64,000 bases of DNA from Azolla caroliniana (GCA_043228905.1 JBHGNT010000001.1:2604001-2668000); one strand, 5' to 3'; shown: positions 13,501 to 26,666, counted from the stretch's first letter. Notes: a model not told the origin generated them from the letters alone. Translations and numbers: made by a program.

Positions 13501-16500
13501 TTTGAAAAAGAAATGATGAGGAATGGTGTGGTTATAGTGATGGCGAGACCTACATCTCAGCTGATGATTTGCGAGTAAACCTGTGGAACTTGGAGGTTAG
13601 TGATCAAAGTTTCAACATTGTGGACATCAAGCCTGCAAATATGGAGGACTTAACAGGTATTGTTCACTTGAAGCTTCATTGGACACAATTGCAAAACAGA
13701 GGAAATTATTCTGCTTTTCTTTTGAAATAACATTCTATGTCAATTTTATGCATTGCACGTCGTATTGGTTTGTAATCCTTTGGTATAACCAAGAAACCGA
13801 TTGTCTTCCCTATTCGTGTAGGCTCTACCAAGAAAAGTGAGTTTTGTGTTAGTGCATGGATCTTGCAATAAAGGAGTTATTTGAATTTTCATGTGCTTCT
13901 ACATGGTTATCGTACTGTAGTGCAGAATTCAGTTCCGCTCTTCAAACCTTAGACTTTATTTTTCTTTATGCACTAAATTTAAAATGATTTAAGACCTCGG
14001 ATCAACTCGAGAATTTTTTAACTTTGGAAATATGACGAAAATAAATCTGTCTTACACTTTTGATGTTTATGGTAGAAATTGCATTGGGGAAAAAAGGATT
14101 TATGCTGGAAGAAGAGTAAGATTGTCACACAAAGGAATATTTGTGAAATGTTTAGGTGTGTGATTATTCTCAGATTGAGGTAATCGTCAGTGAAACTCTG
14201 TTTCTGCAGTATTTGTGTGTCAATGTGGTTCAACTACTATAGCAATTGCATTGTTGAAGCATGATGTTGACATTGGGCCGGGGTGCAACTTGCATGCACA
14301 TTTGAAGAATTTTGAGAGAGATGGCATGTGTGACAATTCAAAATATTTGGACAAGCTATATGAACAAGTTGATGAGTGTGAAATCGGCATGGGGCAATGA
14401 TTTGAAAAATTGCCAATTCTAGAGATGGATAATATATTAAAGCCCAAGGGGGCTGTTCATGCATGAACTGCAAATGTAAGATAAAGAAACCATGGAAACT
14501 ATTCATATTGTATATGGAAACAAAATGATTTCGTACTTGAATGAGTTCAGTTAAGAATTAGAACGCGAAGTGATTATTATGTGATTAAGTTTAAGGAAAG
14601 TTGAGAGAGACGAAGGACAAGACATCAAGGCAAATGAGAGGATCTAATTTTCAAACCCAAAATCATCCACCAGAACAATGTTAAAATGAGTGAAATCAGC
14701 ATGGGGCAATGAATTGAAAAATTGCCAATTCTAGAGATAGATAATATATTAAAGCCCAAGGCAGCTGTTCATGCATGAACTGCAATGTAAGATAAAGAAA
14801 CCATGGAAACTATTCATATTGTATATGGAAACGAAATGATTTCGTACTTGAATGAGTTCAGTTAAGAATTAGAACACGAAGTGATTATTATATGATTAAG
14901 TTTAAGGAAAGTTGAGAGAGACGAAGAACGAGACTTCAAGGCAAACGAGAGGATCTAATTTTCAAACCCAAAATCACCCACCAGTGCAATGCTACAATGA
15001 GTGTGGGTTGAAGTATTTTCTATAACTACCCCACCGTTGCACTTATACTTCTGCATTCTGCCTATCCTATTACTTGGAGCTACATCTGAAGGGTGTCTTC
15101 CTATTCTTTTCCCTTCATTAACAATGCACAAATTGATATTATTGGAAGTCTACATATTTTCCCTACTGGTTCAAAAATTGGAACCATCCACTCTCTGGTA
15201 TTCATGTCATTTGTTTCCCAAAAAATGCTTATCTGCGAATCTTGTTACCTAGCTCATTCACCTAGTATTATGAGTGAAGTTTAGCTTTGTTAAATTATAG
15301 GAATTTCTCTGTTAGGTTCCTTAACTGAATTATGAGCAAAATTAGATTTCATATATTCTACTAAATTTTCTTGTGAGATCCCAGTTCATTAATGTAAATT
15401 CTTCAAGAATGAAGAGAATGATTAGTCCAACTACACATTTATTGCATTTAGTTGTACACAATTACACATATTTTTCTAGATATAATTTATCCGGAAAGCT
15501 GTTTCTGCTACTTGTGGGTAGACTTTCACCTAGTATTATGAGTGAAGTTGAGCTTTTATAATTTATATGAATATCTCTGTTAGGCCCCTTAACTGAATTA
15601 TGACCAAAATTGAGATTGCATATATTCTGCTAAATTTTCTTGTGAGATTCCAGTTCATTGATTTAAACTCCACAAGAATGAAGAGAATGTGTAGTCCAAC
15701 TATATATTTATTGCATTTAGTTGTACACAATTACACATTTTTCTAGATGTAATTTATCTGGAAAGCTTTTTCTGCTACTTGTGTGTAGACTTGGATTTTG
15801 GCAAGTGATAGACATTCAACAGGATGCCGATATACTCACTGTTATTTATGAGGAATGCTGGCATATGAACATTTACATATTCTTGAACACAGACAATGAT
15901 ATAAGGGATGCCTTCTATTCTACACTATGCATGAAGTGGTTGACAAACTACATTCCATGAGATGTAGTGTATATATTTATTTATTGATATTATATTATAC
16001 CTCATTTTCTCTTATATTCATTTATTTCACTTGCAATTTTAATATGCTTACTTTGTGAGCAGAAACTATTCGGATGTCTGTTCTGGTTGATGGATATAAA
16101 ATCTGACATTAAGCCATTTTATTCTCTTGTATCTGGACTTGCAATGATCGACTGTATCTTTAACCCTTGTAACTTAGTTCTTACATGTTTTTTTGGCAGA
16201 GGTAATCACATCAGCTGAATTTCATCCTATTCATTGTAATACTCTAGCTTACAGCAGTTCGAAAGGTACTATTCGCCTTGTAGACATGAGGCAGTCTGCC
16301 TTGTGTGATAGGCATACAAAGCTGTAAGTAACCTCTCAAAGAGAAATCCATATAAGTTCATGTTCTGCACACTCAGAGGTTCTAATATACAATCTACAGT
16401 TTTGAGGAACAGGAAGTTCTTGGATCAAGATCTTTCTTTACGGAGATTATAGCTTCTATTTCGGATCTTAAATTTTCTAGGGATGGCCGCTACATGCTAA

Positions 16501-19500
16501 GCAGGGATTACATGACAGTCAAGGTTCTCTTACTAAATGTCTATTCAAGGAATAATGAATTATATTTCTGTGAATGTGCCCAATTTTAAATATCCTTCTT
16601 TACATTGTTATCTTTTTGTTATGGTTGATCTTAAACAGTTGTTTATATACATTGCAGCTTTGGGATATAAATATGGAATCAGCACCTGTAGCGACATTTA
16701 AAGTGCATGAGTATTTACGTCCCAAGGTATGGAAAATAGGTGAAATGTGCACTTAACACAAGACAAAATTTATTGATATGTGTGTGTGTAGCAAATTTAT
16801 CTCAACCTCTTACGGAAGGCTATTGTACACAATGGGAAGAGGTAAATACATGTAGCAATGGGCCTGGTTCGGTTTCTTTGCCTTGAAACCAAACCGAACT
16901 GAACCAACAAACCATTTATATAAAACAAAAACCAAACCAAACCGTTTATAAACTTTCAAGCCATTAAACCAAACCATTTAAGAAAAGGTAAACCAAACTA
17001 TTTAAAGCCAAAACCGTTTAGGGAAAAGTTGAAACCAAACCGAGCCATTTAATAAAAAGTTTAAACCTAACCACATTTAAGCCAAACTAATTAAAAAATT
17101 AAATAAATAAAAATACTGTGGTGTGCATGTTCACAATACACTAAATTAAATAAACATTTATGTTTAATTAGTTAATTAAATAAATACGCATTAATTAAGC
17201 CATTAGATTAGATAAACATTTAAGTTAAGTGAATTAAGGGATAAAAAAAGTTAGTCCAAAAACCTATAAACCGATAAACCCTAGTTTCAGAACCAAACAG
17301 AACTAAAACCGAACTGTTTATTAATAATTAAAACCAAACCCATTGCTAAATATATGTATAGTGAACCATATTATAAACACACAAAACAGCAGAAAATTGT
17401 ATTTTCCTTAAGCGAATATTGTATTATAATATTCTACTATGTAGTAAATTGCCTTAAGCCAACGTATATGGAGAAAGAAGGAAAGATATTTATCGTTTGT
17501 AAAAGACCAGTGGCCAATGAGACTTACGAAAACTGTTCATGTTAAATTGTCATCCTGGATTACAGCAGAAGATATCTTTCTATACCTTCTCAACTAAATA
17601 GCTTGCCATATGTAATCGTGAGTGATCAACACCAATTGTGTTCGGTGCCTAATAACTGGAAGTGAAATTGCTGACCCATGAAGATAGCCATCATGGGGTA
17701 ATATAGGATGTAAAGGGTAGTGTAATCGGGAAGATATGATTGTTTTGATATTATGAAGTTATGGTAATCAGTCCAGGCTTGCATCAGGCACATTCACACG
17801 AAAGAGCTATGGCTTTTATCTGTCCTCGTTCATGCAACTCAAGATTGCATGTACTAAGGAGTGTTCCTTGTAATATCTGAGTGGAACAATTCTGCATTAG
17901 TGGATCTGTGAGTGTCGTACTTCCCTCAAGAGGCCCTCTCTATGTTTCCTTATCTCAAGAATAAAGAGCACTAAGATTCTTTAATTAGTGTAAATCATCA
18001 CTCTTTGGTCAGGTTCAAACCCTCTTATAAGAAACATTGATATTCTCCTATGATTTTGTAATAGACTGGGGAATGTAACATATAAGGTCAGGCTTGGACT
18101 GGGGATGTGGTGCTCTAAGGTTCTATGTGTATATCATCTAGTCTTTATACGTGGGTGACGCATGTGTCTCATATACTTGACTTGATTGATGAAACCACCA
18201 GGGCATGTAAAAGAGTGACTTCTGATTGTACCTAGTAGCACTTTCTGATTGATGCCCTTTCGAGGTCCATTTAAATCATGTCAGTCCTTACTAGCATTTC
18301 TCTCCAAATTAGTGCCGTCCAAAAATTGTTTTACTCTAATGGAGGAAGTGAATCCATTTCCATGCCTTGGAACCAATGTTTTGTTCGTGCATACCAAATA
18401 ATCTGTTTCACCTTCCTCTGCTAGCTGTATCAATGAGGCAAGAAACAGCCCTCCTGAGGATGCTTAGGTAATTCCCAGACTTGATGCAAGCAAGTCTTAG
18501 CATTAAAAAGTGCCTACAGTACCTGTTGAGGCTCGCCACGACCCAGTTATAACTGTCTCATGTGGTATTGATGTTTTGCTCCTTACAATGTGCACAATTT
18601 CGCAATTCATATTTTTCTCAAGTCTTTGCTCTATCCAAATGTCTTCCCTATTTATCCCAGATTATTAATAAAAGCAGGCTGTGTCAAATTTTTGCATCAC
18701 TGCTAAAAATGCTGTTAATAATGAAAAACAACCCCACTTGAAGCAGCCAGATATATGAATATAAAATGCGAAGTGATTTCTTGTGAAGATGGGTGAGAAT
18801 ATCGAGATTTTTTATTGAAGAAACATGTGATTTGATGCTTTTTTTAAATAACCATTTCATATCAAAGCCTAATGGCTACTGTTATAATCTGGCATGGTTT
18901 CAGGATTTCTAATAGACACCAAAAATTTGATCCTTGTAGTTTTTAATGTCGGATGAATTTGTTCATAACTGCCTACCCTAGCTAAAGTTGGCTGAGTGTT
19001 TGTTATCTCTAGTAGTAGAGAGGATTACCCATACTATCATGGATTTTTCCCAGTCCTACAATATCCCTGTTATCCTGGAAAATGAGTATCATGTCAGATT
19101 TTGTTCATAATTGCCTGCCCTGATACACCTGAAAATAGACCGGCTTAGTTTTTGTTATCTCTGCTAGTAGGGAGGATTACTGTACTCTCATGGAGTTTTG
19201 TCCCAGCCCTACAATATCCCCATTTCCCTGGAAAATGTATTGAGTATCACGCCAGCTATTTGTGTAGTGAATATGGTTCGAAAACTGTAATACAATTAAT
19301 GGATATGGTTGTGAAACACAAGCACGTGGAAATAATATTTAACCTTTTTTGCAGCTATATGATCTGTTTCTTTGTATGATGTTTTATTGCAGCTATGTGA
19401 TCTGTATGAAAATGATTCAATCTTTGATAAGTTCGAATGCTGCTTGAGTGGAGATGGTACAAGGGCAGCTACAGGCTCTTACAGGTAGGTATTCTAACAC

Positions 19501-20022
19501 CGTAACTTATGTACTAATGCTCAAGTGACTAAATGGGATATATGGATGTTTTTGGCAATAGCAATTTGTTTCGAGTGTTTGGTACCGCACCCGGAAGTGA
19601 GGAGGCGTCAACATTAGAAGCTAACAGATCCCCAAACAGGTTTTGAATTCATATATATTTAGGTGTTTTTATTTCATATTTTCATAAGGAATGTACTGAA
19701 GTTGTAACATATCTTTGGTTGATGACTATAGGAGACCTGTACAAGCTGTACCTCCTAGCTCTGGAAGAGGGTTGCCGAATATGAGTCGCCGGGGTGGTAG
19801 GAGAGGTCTATTGAATTTTTACCATCTCATCTGCTGTGGTTTCTCTTTGTTATTTGTCTATGTTAAAATTTACGTTTTTTGCATACAGGAAATGATAATT
19901 CTGGAGTTGACATGAATGGGGGCTACAGTTTTCAAGCAAAGTTGCTTCATCTTGCCTGGCATCCTACTGCAAATCTTATTGCCTGTGCTGCATCCAACAG
20001 TCTGTACATGTATTACGCCTAA
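10584..20022 (+). CDS. PP2A-B55: Serine/threonine protein phosphatase 2A 55-kDa regulatory subunit B (B55/PR55, WD40), 14 exons, 517 aa
   Basis: Exons 10584-10704, 12032-12135, 12218-12313, 12426-12545, 12661-12867, 12993-13084, 13538-13656, 16200-16323, 16400-16523, 16658-16726, 19393-19484, 19562-19639, 19732-19805, 19889-20022. All introns are GT-AG, phases are consistent and the total is 1554 nt. Diagnostic peptides: [87 protein letters not shown]...SNSLYMYYA*. Confidence 0.96.
14378..15001. repeat. Tandem duplication, 2 x ~312 bp (B55 intron 7)
   Basis: GTGAAATC(G/A)GCATGGGGCAATGA... starts at 14378 and again at 14690, and the copies are near-identical throughout. Confidence 0.95.
15257..15791. 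repeat. Tandem duplication, 2 x ~268 bp (B55 intron 7)
   Basis: TTCACCTAGTATTATGAGTGAAGTT starts at 15257 and 15525. Both copies end in TTCTGCTACTTGTG.GTAGACT. Confidence 0.95.
16853..17348. mobile_element. hAT-type MITE / non-autonomous DNA transposon (496 bp) in B55 intron 10
   Basis: TIRs TAGCAATGGG (16853-16862) and CCCATTGCTA (17339-17348). 8-bp TSD AATACATG (16845-16852) / AATATATG (17349-17356). Many AAACC(G/A) subterminal repeats. Confidence 0.9.
18946..19250. repeat. Diverged tandem duplication, 2 x ~150 bp (B55 intron 10)
   Basis: TTTGTTCATAA.TGCCT.CCCT...TTTGTTATCTCT..TAGTAG.GAGGATTAC...CTACAATATCCC...CCTGGAAAATG occurs twice. Confidence 0.85.
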
Positions 20023-22309
20023 GCTGATTTCCTTCATTAAAGATGGTTTCTTATTTTATTTTTTCTGTCCAATATTTGTTGGGTGGCTCACATGCAAAAA
20101 GGTAACATACAAGAGTTTAGCTAGGTTCAGCAAGATCTTAGCCTAACAGGATTAAGTACAATAGCCCCTAACCATGATACAGTGATCAGGAGCCTTTATG
20201 TGCTATTTTCTGGACGTCCATATGCATACCTTTGAGATTGGAGAAAATGCCAATCACAAGTTAATACGTTGATTCTTTAAAGCGCACATGGTTATATAAC
20301 TTTACAGAGCTTCTTTGTCAGTTCTCTTGTTTATCAGGTTGTAAAATGTGGGAAAATATGTGATGTACCAGACATCAGCAGATGAACTTGAATGGTATCA
20401 TATATGATCATAGAGCAATGCTCTTATTGATATTCTACACTGGCATGGATGCTGGATGCAGTCTATCTACTTCATGAGTTGCCCCTTTCTAGTGGCAAAA
20501 ATACCAAGTTGAATTTGTAAGAAAAATATTAAGTTTTTTTTGCTTGCAAGGGAACTCAATAGGTTCCTAGCAAGAATCTAAAACAGGAAGATTTATACCA
20601 TAATAAATCACTTCGTTAATTCTTTTGATGATTGGTGGAAGTGCAACATGGAGGATGCTAACATCTGTAACTTCATAACCAATTTCTGCACACCTTAATG
20701 TAAAACCTTTATGATTCCATTTCAATGAAAACAATGTTTTATCATTTACATAATGCATGATTTGTGATGGTTCTTTCTGGTTAAAACTTATCATATGCTA
20801 AATAATGGTATTAATTGGTTTTACATAGTTGTGTTGCTTTGCTTTATATAAACGAGGTAAATTCATGACAATTAAAATCATGATAATCTGAGTCAATCAT
20901 TAGTAAAGTTTCAATGTCATTGTCCTTTTGCAAGTTCTTATTATCAAGTTTCCAATCTTGGTTGCCGTCCTCTGTAATACACCAAATATATAGAGAGGAA
21001 TACTGACCTTAAAAAAAAACATCTCTGGTATGTTCCCATGCCAAAACACATGGAACATGTTGCACTACATAAAATGCACAAAAAAAAACATGGAACCTGT
21101 TACATTTCTTGGTGGTTACCATTTAAAGAGCATGCATTTTACCAATGTGAAGCAAAATGGCAGTTCACTTCCTTGCTATGCAAAAGACCCAATGATAGAA
21201 GCTTTAAGATACAGGAAATAATAGAGAATGGTAAGTTACACAATTGTTTGAACCTGGCTGTATGCAATTGTTTGATCTATGGTTGATGACGGTTTACCAT
21301 AAAAGTAAAAGACTCTCAGTAGGCATAGATATAAGCTTTGCTTCCACACAATAACAATATGTTGCAAGAGGTGGGTAATGTGTGTTAAAAGCAGGTTGTC
21401 AACCACAGTTTGATCATTGAATGATGACCTTCTATGATGTGCAAGCCTAGGACACAGATATTAGATTTACATGGGTATCTAAACTCTTGTTACACTAGGT
21501 CTTACTCTACTGTATATGATTTTTTTTACCTCTCATTTGCATCTCAAACTTACACAAATTATGTACTTATACATTCTTTGTTTAGAGTCTAGATTGTGCA
21601 TACTTCCCAACCTGCTAACGTGAATATCCTAGACTATTACTGGCCTACATGTACATATTAGAAAGCTCCACATAAACCATAAAAAGAATCTTCCATAAAT
21701 TTGAAACACGTGCATCTTGAGCCTAATCCTCCAAATGAGAAATGGTTTTCTCTTATATTGCTAGAAGTCTATAAGTTGTGTCTAATGTTCGAGAGTGTCG
21801 CACGACCATAATACAATATTAAATTGATTAGAATGAAAAGTATAGAACTGTTGAATGCATAAGCATTGAATACAAAAAATATTGAGTCATTGAACTGCAT
21901 ATAACATGCGGAAGTACTGTCATATAAAAAAAGCATCAAGATAACACCTTCATTGTGATCCAATTGGCAGCCCAATACACCAAATACCACATTGAGTGAT
22001 TCCATTTTAATTGAGAAGTGTGCTACAACAAAACAACATTCCATGTCAACATTCCATGTTTTAGGGTTTTCTTCTTCTTCTTTTTCCCCTATCGGGGTTT
22101 AGGGTTTCGTCGAGTGGTGCTTCTGTTCGGCCTACACAGCCACGGTTGTAATTGGTGTGGTGCTTTCCATAATGTAATTGTTTGATGTATCTTGTCTTGT
22201 TTAGATCTTATTCTCTCTTCCTTCTCGGTTGAACTCCTAATCTTTCTCTTCCTTCTCCTACTCCCTAGTCCAAGACCCCCGTGGTCCCGCTCCTTTTCGA
22301 CACGTACTC

Positions 22310-22714
22310 CGCGACACCGTTAAGCTGAAGTTTTTTAATGATTAGTGACTATAAACTCAATTTTCAATTTTTCAAGGGAGGTTATTCTTTTAAAACTTTA
22401 AAAAAAATGTTAGGGTTTAAAGTTAAAACTTCATAGCAATATAACATATTACATAATTTATAAGGTGAACTTATATATTTAATAAATATTTAAAAAATGT
22501 CACCTCTAGCTGTTAAGCCATTCAGGTGTTAAACCGTTAAGCTATTTAGCCGATAATGGCTCAAACCGAAGCAAACTGAACACTTAAGCCCCCAAACGTA
22601 ACTGTTTACAAATTTCTAAACCTGAGTCAAACCAAACCAAACCGGTTAAGCCATTAAGCTGATGTTGCATGGTTCAGTTCAGTTTGATTCAGATCGAACT
22701 GTTGCCAATTTCTA
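22310..22714. mobile_element. Probable terminal fragment of a hAT-like element
   Basis: AAACCG/TTAAGC subterminal-type repeats like those of the intron-10 MITE, ending in TTGCCAATTTCTA (hAT-like ...CTA end). No matching left end or TSD was found. Confidence 0.45.
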
Positions 22715-23379
22715 TACATAATCTTATCATGACAATTCAGTCTGCAGAGTCAACTGTGATGCAGTAAGTTCAACTTGCTTGAGCAACTCCCAATTGAGCA
22801 CCCCTCCCATTGTACAATGATCGATTCTAACAGTTGCATCTTATTCCATTTTCCATATATCTCTGGATAAGTATGCATACATGTCTAATCCTGTAAAATA
22901 TCACCATTCATTTTATTTCAGGACATTTTATCCCACTATCATTTCAAGGTATCTATCAACTATATCAACTGTTCTTAGTTTTGCTGTCTGCGGTTCTTTC
23001 CTTCTGCTAGTCTTCCTGTTATATGATTTCATTAAACTTTGACCTGCAGTACTGGATTTCTTCCCTCTTGCTGGTTGGCAAATTGAGCTCATTTATCAGC
23101 ATCACCTTGTTCTTTACATAAACTTTGATGTGCAATGAATGAACGTGGTCAGGTGGCACTGTTTACCTTTATTAGATAACTGGTATTAAGCCAGTCACCT
23201 TTTTATATGGTTGCAAACAGAAAACAAATTCGCTCACACTAGCAACCTACATAAAGGGATCTCATATCTTCACACACATTCAGGATGAATGACATTCTAC
23301 AGAATTTTGAAGAAAGGTACCAATTAATGGTGCTAAAGCTTGCAATTATATTTACACTCTCTATCCACTGTGTTGAAAA

Positions 23380-26300
23380 CTACAGTTTTCCATTAGTATA
23401 CATGTTACATCCACATAGACCATCTTGGAACCTGTGCACACACCGAGTATCAACAATGATAATCTCTCGTTTTTCAGCCTTGGAAATGAATTCAATATCA
23501 GAGTGACAAATTGGGCACATCCGCAGATGCTTTGAGATACGAATACTTGTGCCCTGAGGTGCATAAAGAAGCCCAAAAGCAAGAGCAAGCTTTTCACAAT
23601 GTCCACACAAGACATTTTCATCTCTCCCTCCTGACATGAGGTCTGTATATGATCTATGTCCTGCAATCTTCATTTTCATGTTTAATTCCTTAAGCTTAGC
23701 ATAAATATTTTCAGTTTTCCCATGCTGTTTCTCACCTACAATGAAGCTATGAACCACATCATCAACTTCAATATAAGCTTTACCAGGCTTCTTCCAGCCA
23801 TTTGAAACCAACCTCAGGTCATCTATCATTTTTGCATGTGACTTCATGCCAACCAAAGTATAAATGCTTGACATCAGTACGTAACATGCAACATTTTCCT
23901 TGTTGACAGTGACAATATAATCAAAACAGTTTCGTCCAATCTCTACATCAGCATGCATTCTACATGAACTGAGCAAAGATATCCACCCCACAATGTTAGA
24001 TCTGAATGGGATACTTTCGAGCAGATCAATTGCTTCATTTAAAAGTTTTGCATTGCCTAAAAGATCAACAATGCAATTCAAATGTTCAATTGCAGGGATG
24101 ATATTATGTATCTCTATCATTGACTTCAAGTGTGAACATCCTTCATGCACTAACAAAGCATTGCCACATGCTGAGAGGATATTGAGAAATGTCACAGCAT
24201 CTGGCTCTATGCCTGCTTGTTGCATAGCATCAAAATAGCATAGAGCTGATTCATAATCACTGTGCTGGGCATATCCGTTAATCATTGCACTCCAGACTAC
24301 TGTGTCTCGTTTAGGAAGCATGTGAAACACTATACATGCCTCTTCAAGACAGCCACATTTTGTATACATATCAATAAGTGCACTTCCAATGTAGACATCC
24401 AAATTAAATCCATTGTTAATTATATGCGAGTGACAAAGCCTCCCCTGACCTAATGCTGCTATGCTTGAACAAGCTTTCAGTAATGTAATGAATGTCACTA
24501 TATTTGGCTCTATGCCATCGCTTTGCATTGCTATATAATGCTGAATAGCTGCCTGACCTTCTTCATGTTGTGCACATCCAGCTATCAATGAGCTCCATGT
24601 AACAACATCTCTCTTAGCAAGCTGATTAAATATTCTGTATGCATTTTGGAGGCTTCCACATTTAGCATACATATCAATAAGAGCATTGCCTACATATGTA
24701 TCCAAATAAAATCCACATTCAATAAAACTCATGTGGACTTGTATGCCCTCTCCCATAGCTGATAAGCTTGAGCATGCTTTCAACATAGAAACAATTGTAT
24801 ATTCATTTGGCTTTATGCCCTCTTGCTTCATTTGTTTATAATACTGGAAAGCCTCTTTTCCTTGTCCACATTGACAAAATCCAGATATAATTGCACTCCA
24901 GGTCACAACATTTTGTTTTGGCAATGTACCAAAGGCTGCTTGAGCATCCTTTAGACACCCACATTTAGCATACATATTAATTAAGCTGCTGCCAGCATAG
25001 ACATCTGACTCAAGTCCAACTTCAATCATAGAAGAGTGAATATGCATGCCTTGTTCTAAATCTCCAAGTTTTATACATGCTTTCAAGGCATTGATGAAAG
25101 TAATTGTATTACGCTCAATGCCCCTCATTTTCATTTGTTGAAAGAGTTCGAGTGCATAATGTTCCTGCTCATGTTCAAGGTAGCTTGTAATCAAAGAATT
25201 CCATGTCACCACTTCTTTATTTTGCAATCTTTCAAACATTATACTCACATCTTTTATGCTTTTGCACTTGTCATACATATTAATAAGAGAACTTCCAACA
25301 ATTTTGTCTGACTCAAGTCCATGTCCTACAATATAGGCGTGAATTTTTCTCCCAATATCTAGATGTCCACAAGCTTTTAAAGCAGATGTGACAGTTACCA
25401 CATTTGGTTGGGTACCTTCCATTTGCATTCTCTCAAATAATGAAACGGCCTTCTCTTCATATCCATGTTGAACACATCCTGCAATTAAGGTGCTCCATGT
25501 CACCACATTTCGTTGCAGTGATTTGGCAAACACATGACAAGCTTTCTCAAGGTTTCCACATTGGGCATACATGTCAATTAGAGTGCTAGCTACATACACT
25601 TCGGATTCAAGCCCACTTTCAATGATGTTCAAATGTACACAATATCCTTGTCGAATGCTTCCAATACCACAACAAGCCTTGAGGACAGTGACAAATACAT
25701 GCCCATCAGACTCTACCCCTGATTCTCTCATACTATTATATAAATGTATAGCTTGGTGATAATAACCCAAGTTGGTATAAGCTGAAATGATGGCATTCCA
25801 CGAGAAAACATCAGGATTTAGGAGCTTTCTGAACACTTTACTAGCTTTTGATAAGCATCCGAAAGACGCATACATTCGGATTAGATGGCTACCCATAAAG
25901 GCATCTGAATCCAAGCCATATATTTGAATAATGTAATGCATATCATAGCCAGAAGTCAAGTCTTCCTCATCAATGCATTGTTGGATGAGGTGAAGGAGAG
26001 TATTCCGAGGAATATAAACTCCCTCACAAGCCATATGTATTGCCTCCTTCACTGAATCCTTAAGATGTTGTTTTTCAGATATCTCAGCCAATTCTTCAAA
26101 GAATGGTTCTTTCTTGACAAACGGCCCTTTCCTAAACAACATTGGATCTTTTCCGGACAATGTGCTTTTTCTTAATGATGAATCTTTTCCGAGCAACAGA
26201 GAAGTTTCCAATTTGGAAAAATCATAATCTGATTCTATTAAGAGTTTCCAATCTTTTTCAGGATTATTGCTACCATTTACGGGTAGGAATTTCGTTACAT

Positions 26301-26392
26301 CTAGACCTGTAATCCATTGACAAACTGAAATGAAATATCAGAGAAACGCATAGAAATATTTTGTTTCCACGAAAAAAGAAGATTCAAACACA

Positions 26393-26425
<33 letters not shown>

Positions 26426-26434
26426 TAGAGAGAG

Positions 26435-26503
<69 letters not shown>

Positions 26504-26562
26504 CCCTGTTTTAAACTTGATGGAGAAGAGAGCGATGAAGAGTATTGTAGTAGCTCTGCCAT
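23380..26562 (-). CDS. PLS-class PPR protein with E1/E2 and variant DYW:KP deaminase-like domain (candidate organellar RNA-editing factor), ~1000 aa
   Basis: Exon 1 26562-26505 (MAELLQYSSSLSSPSSLKQ) joins in frame to exon 2, 26324 (or 26306) to 23380. Twenty P/L/S motifs including P2-L2-S2, E1 NIVGWISLLSSC, and E2 leading to WKKPGKAYIEV, LCGHCEKLALAFGL, CPICH, HRFQDGLCGC. Confidence 0.93.
26394..26499. repeat. (GA)n/(GATA)n microsatellite in intron 1 of the DYW:KP PPR gene
   Basis: Seen directly. Confidence 0.95.
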
Positions 26563-26666
26563 AAGGTCTTATTAACATCGGAGAATGTTGTTTGAATGGG
26601 TAAGGCGCACGCTGTGGGCAGAATTACTCATTTTCATCATCCAACAGAGAGTTTCACGATGTATCA

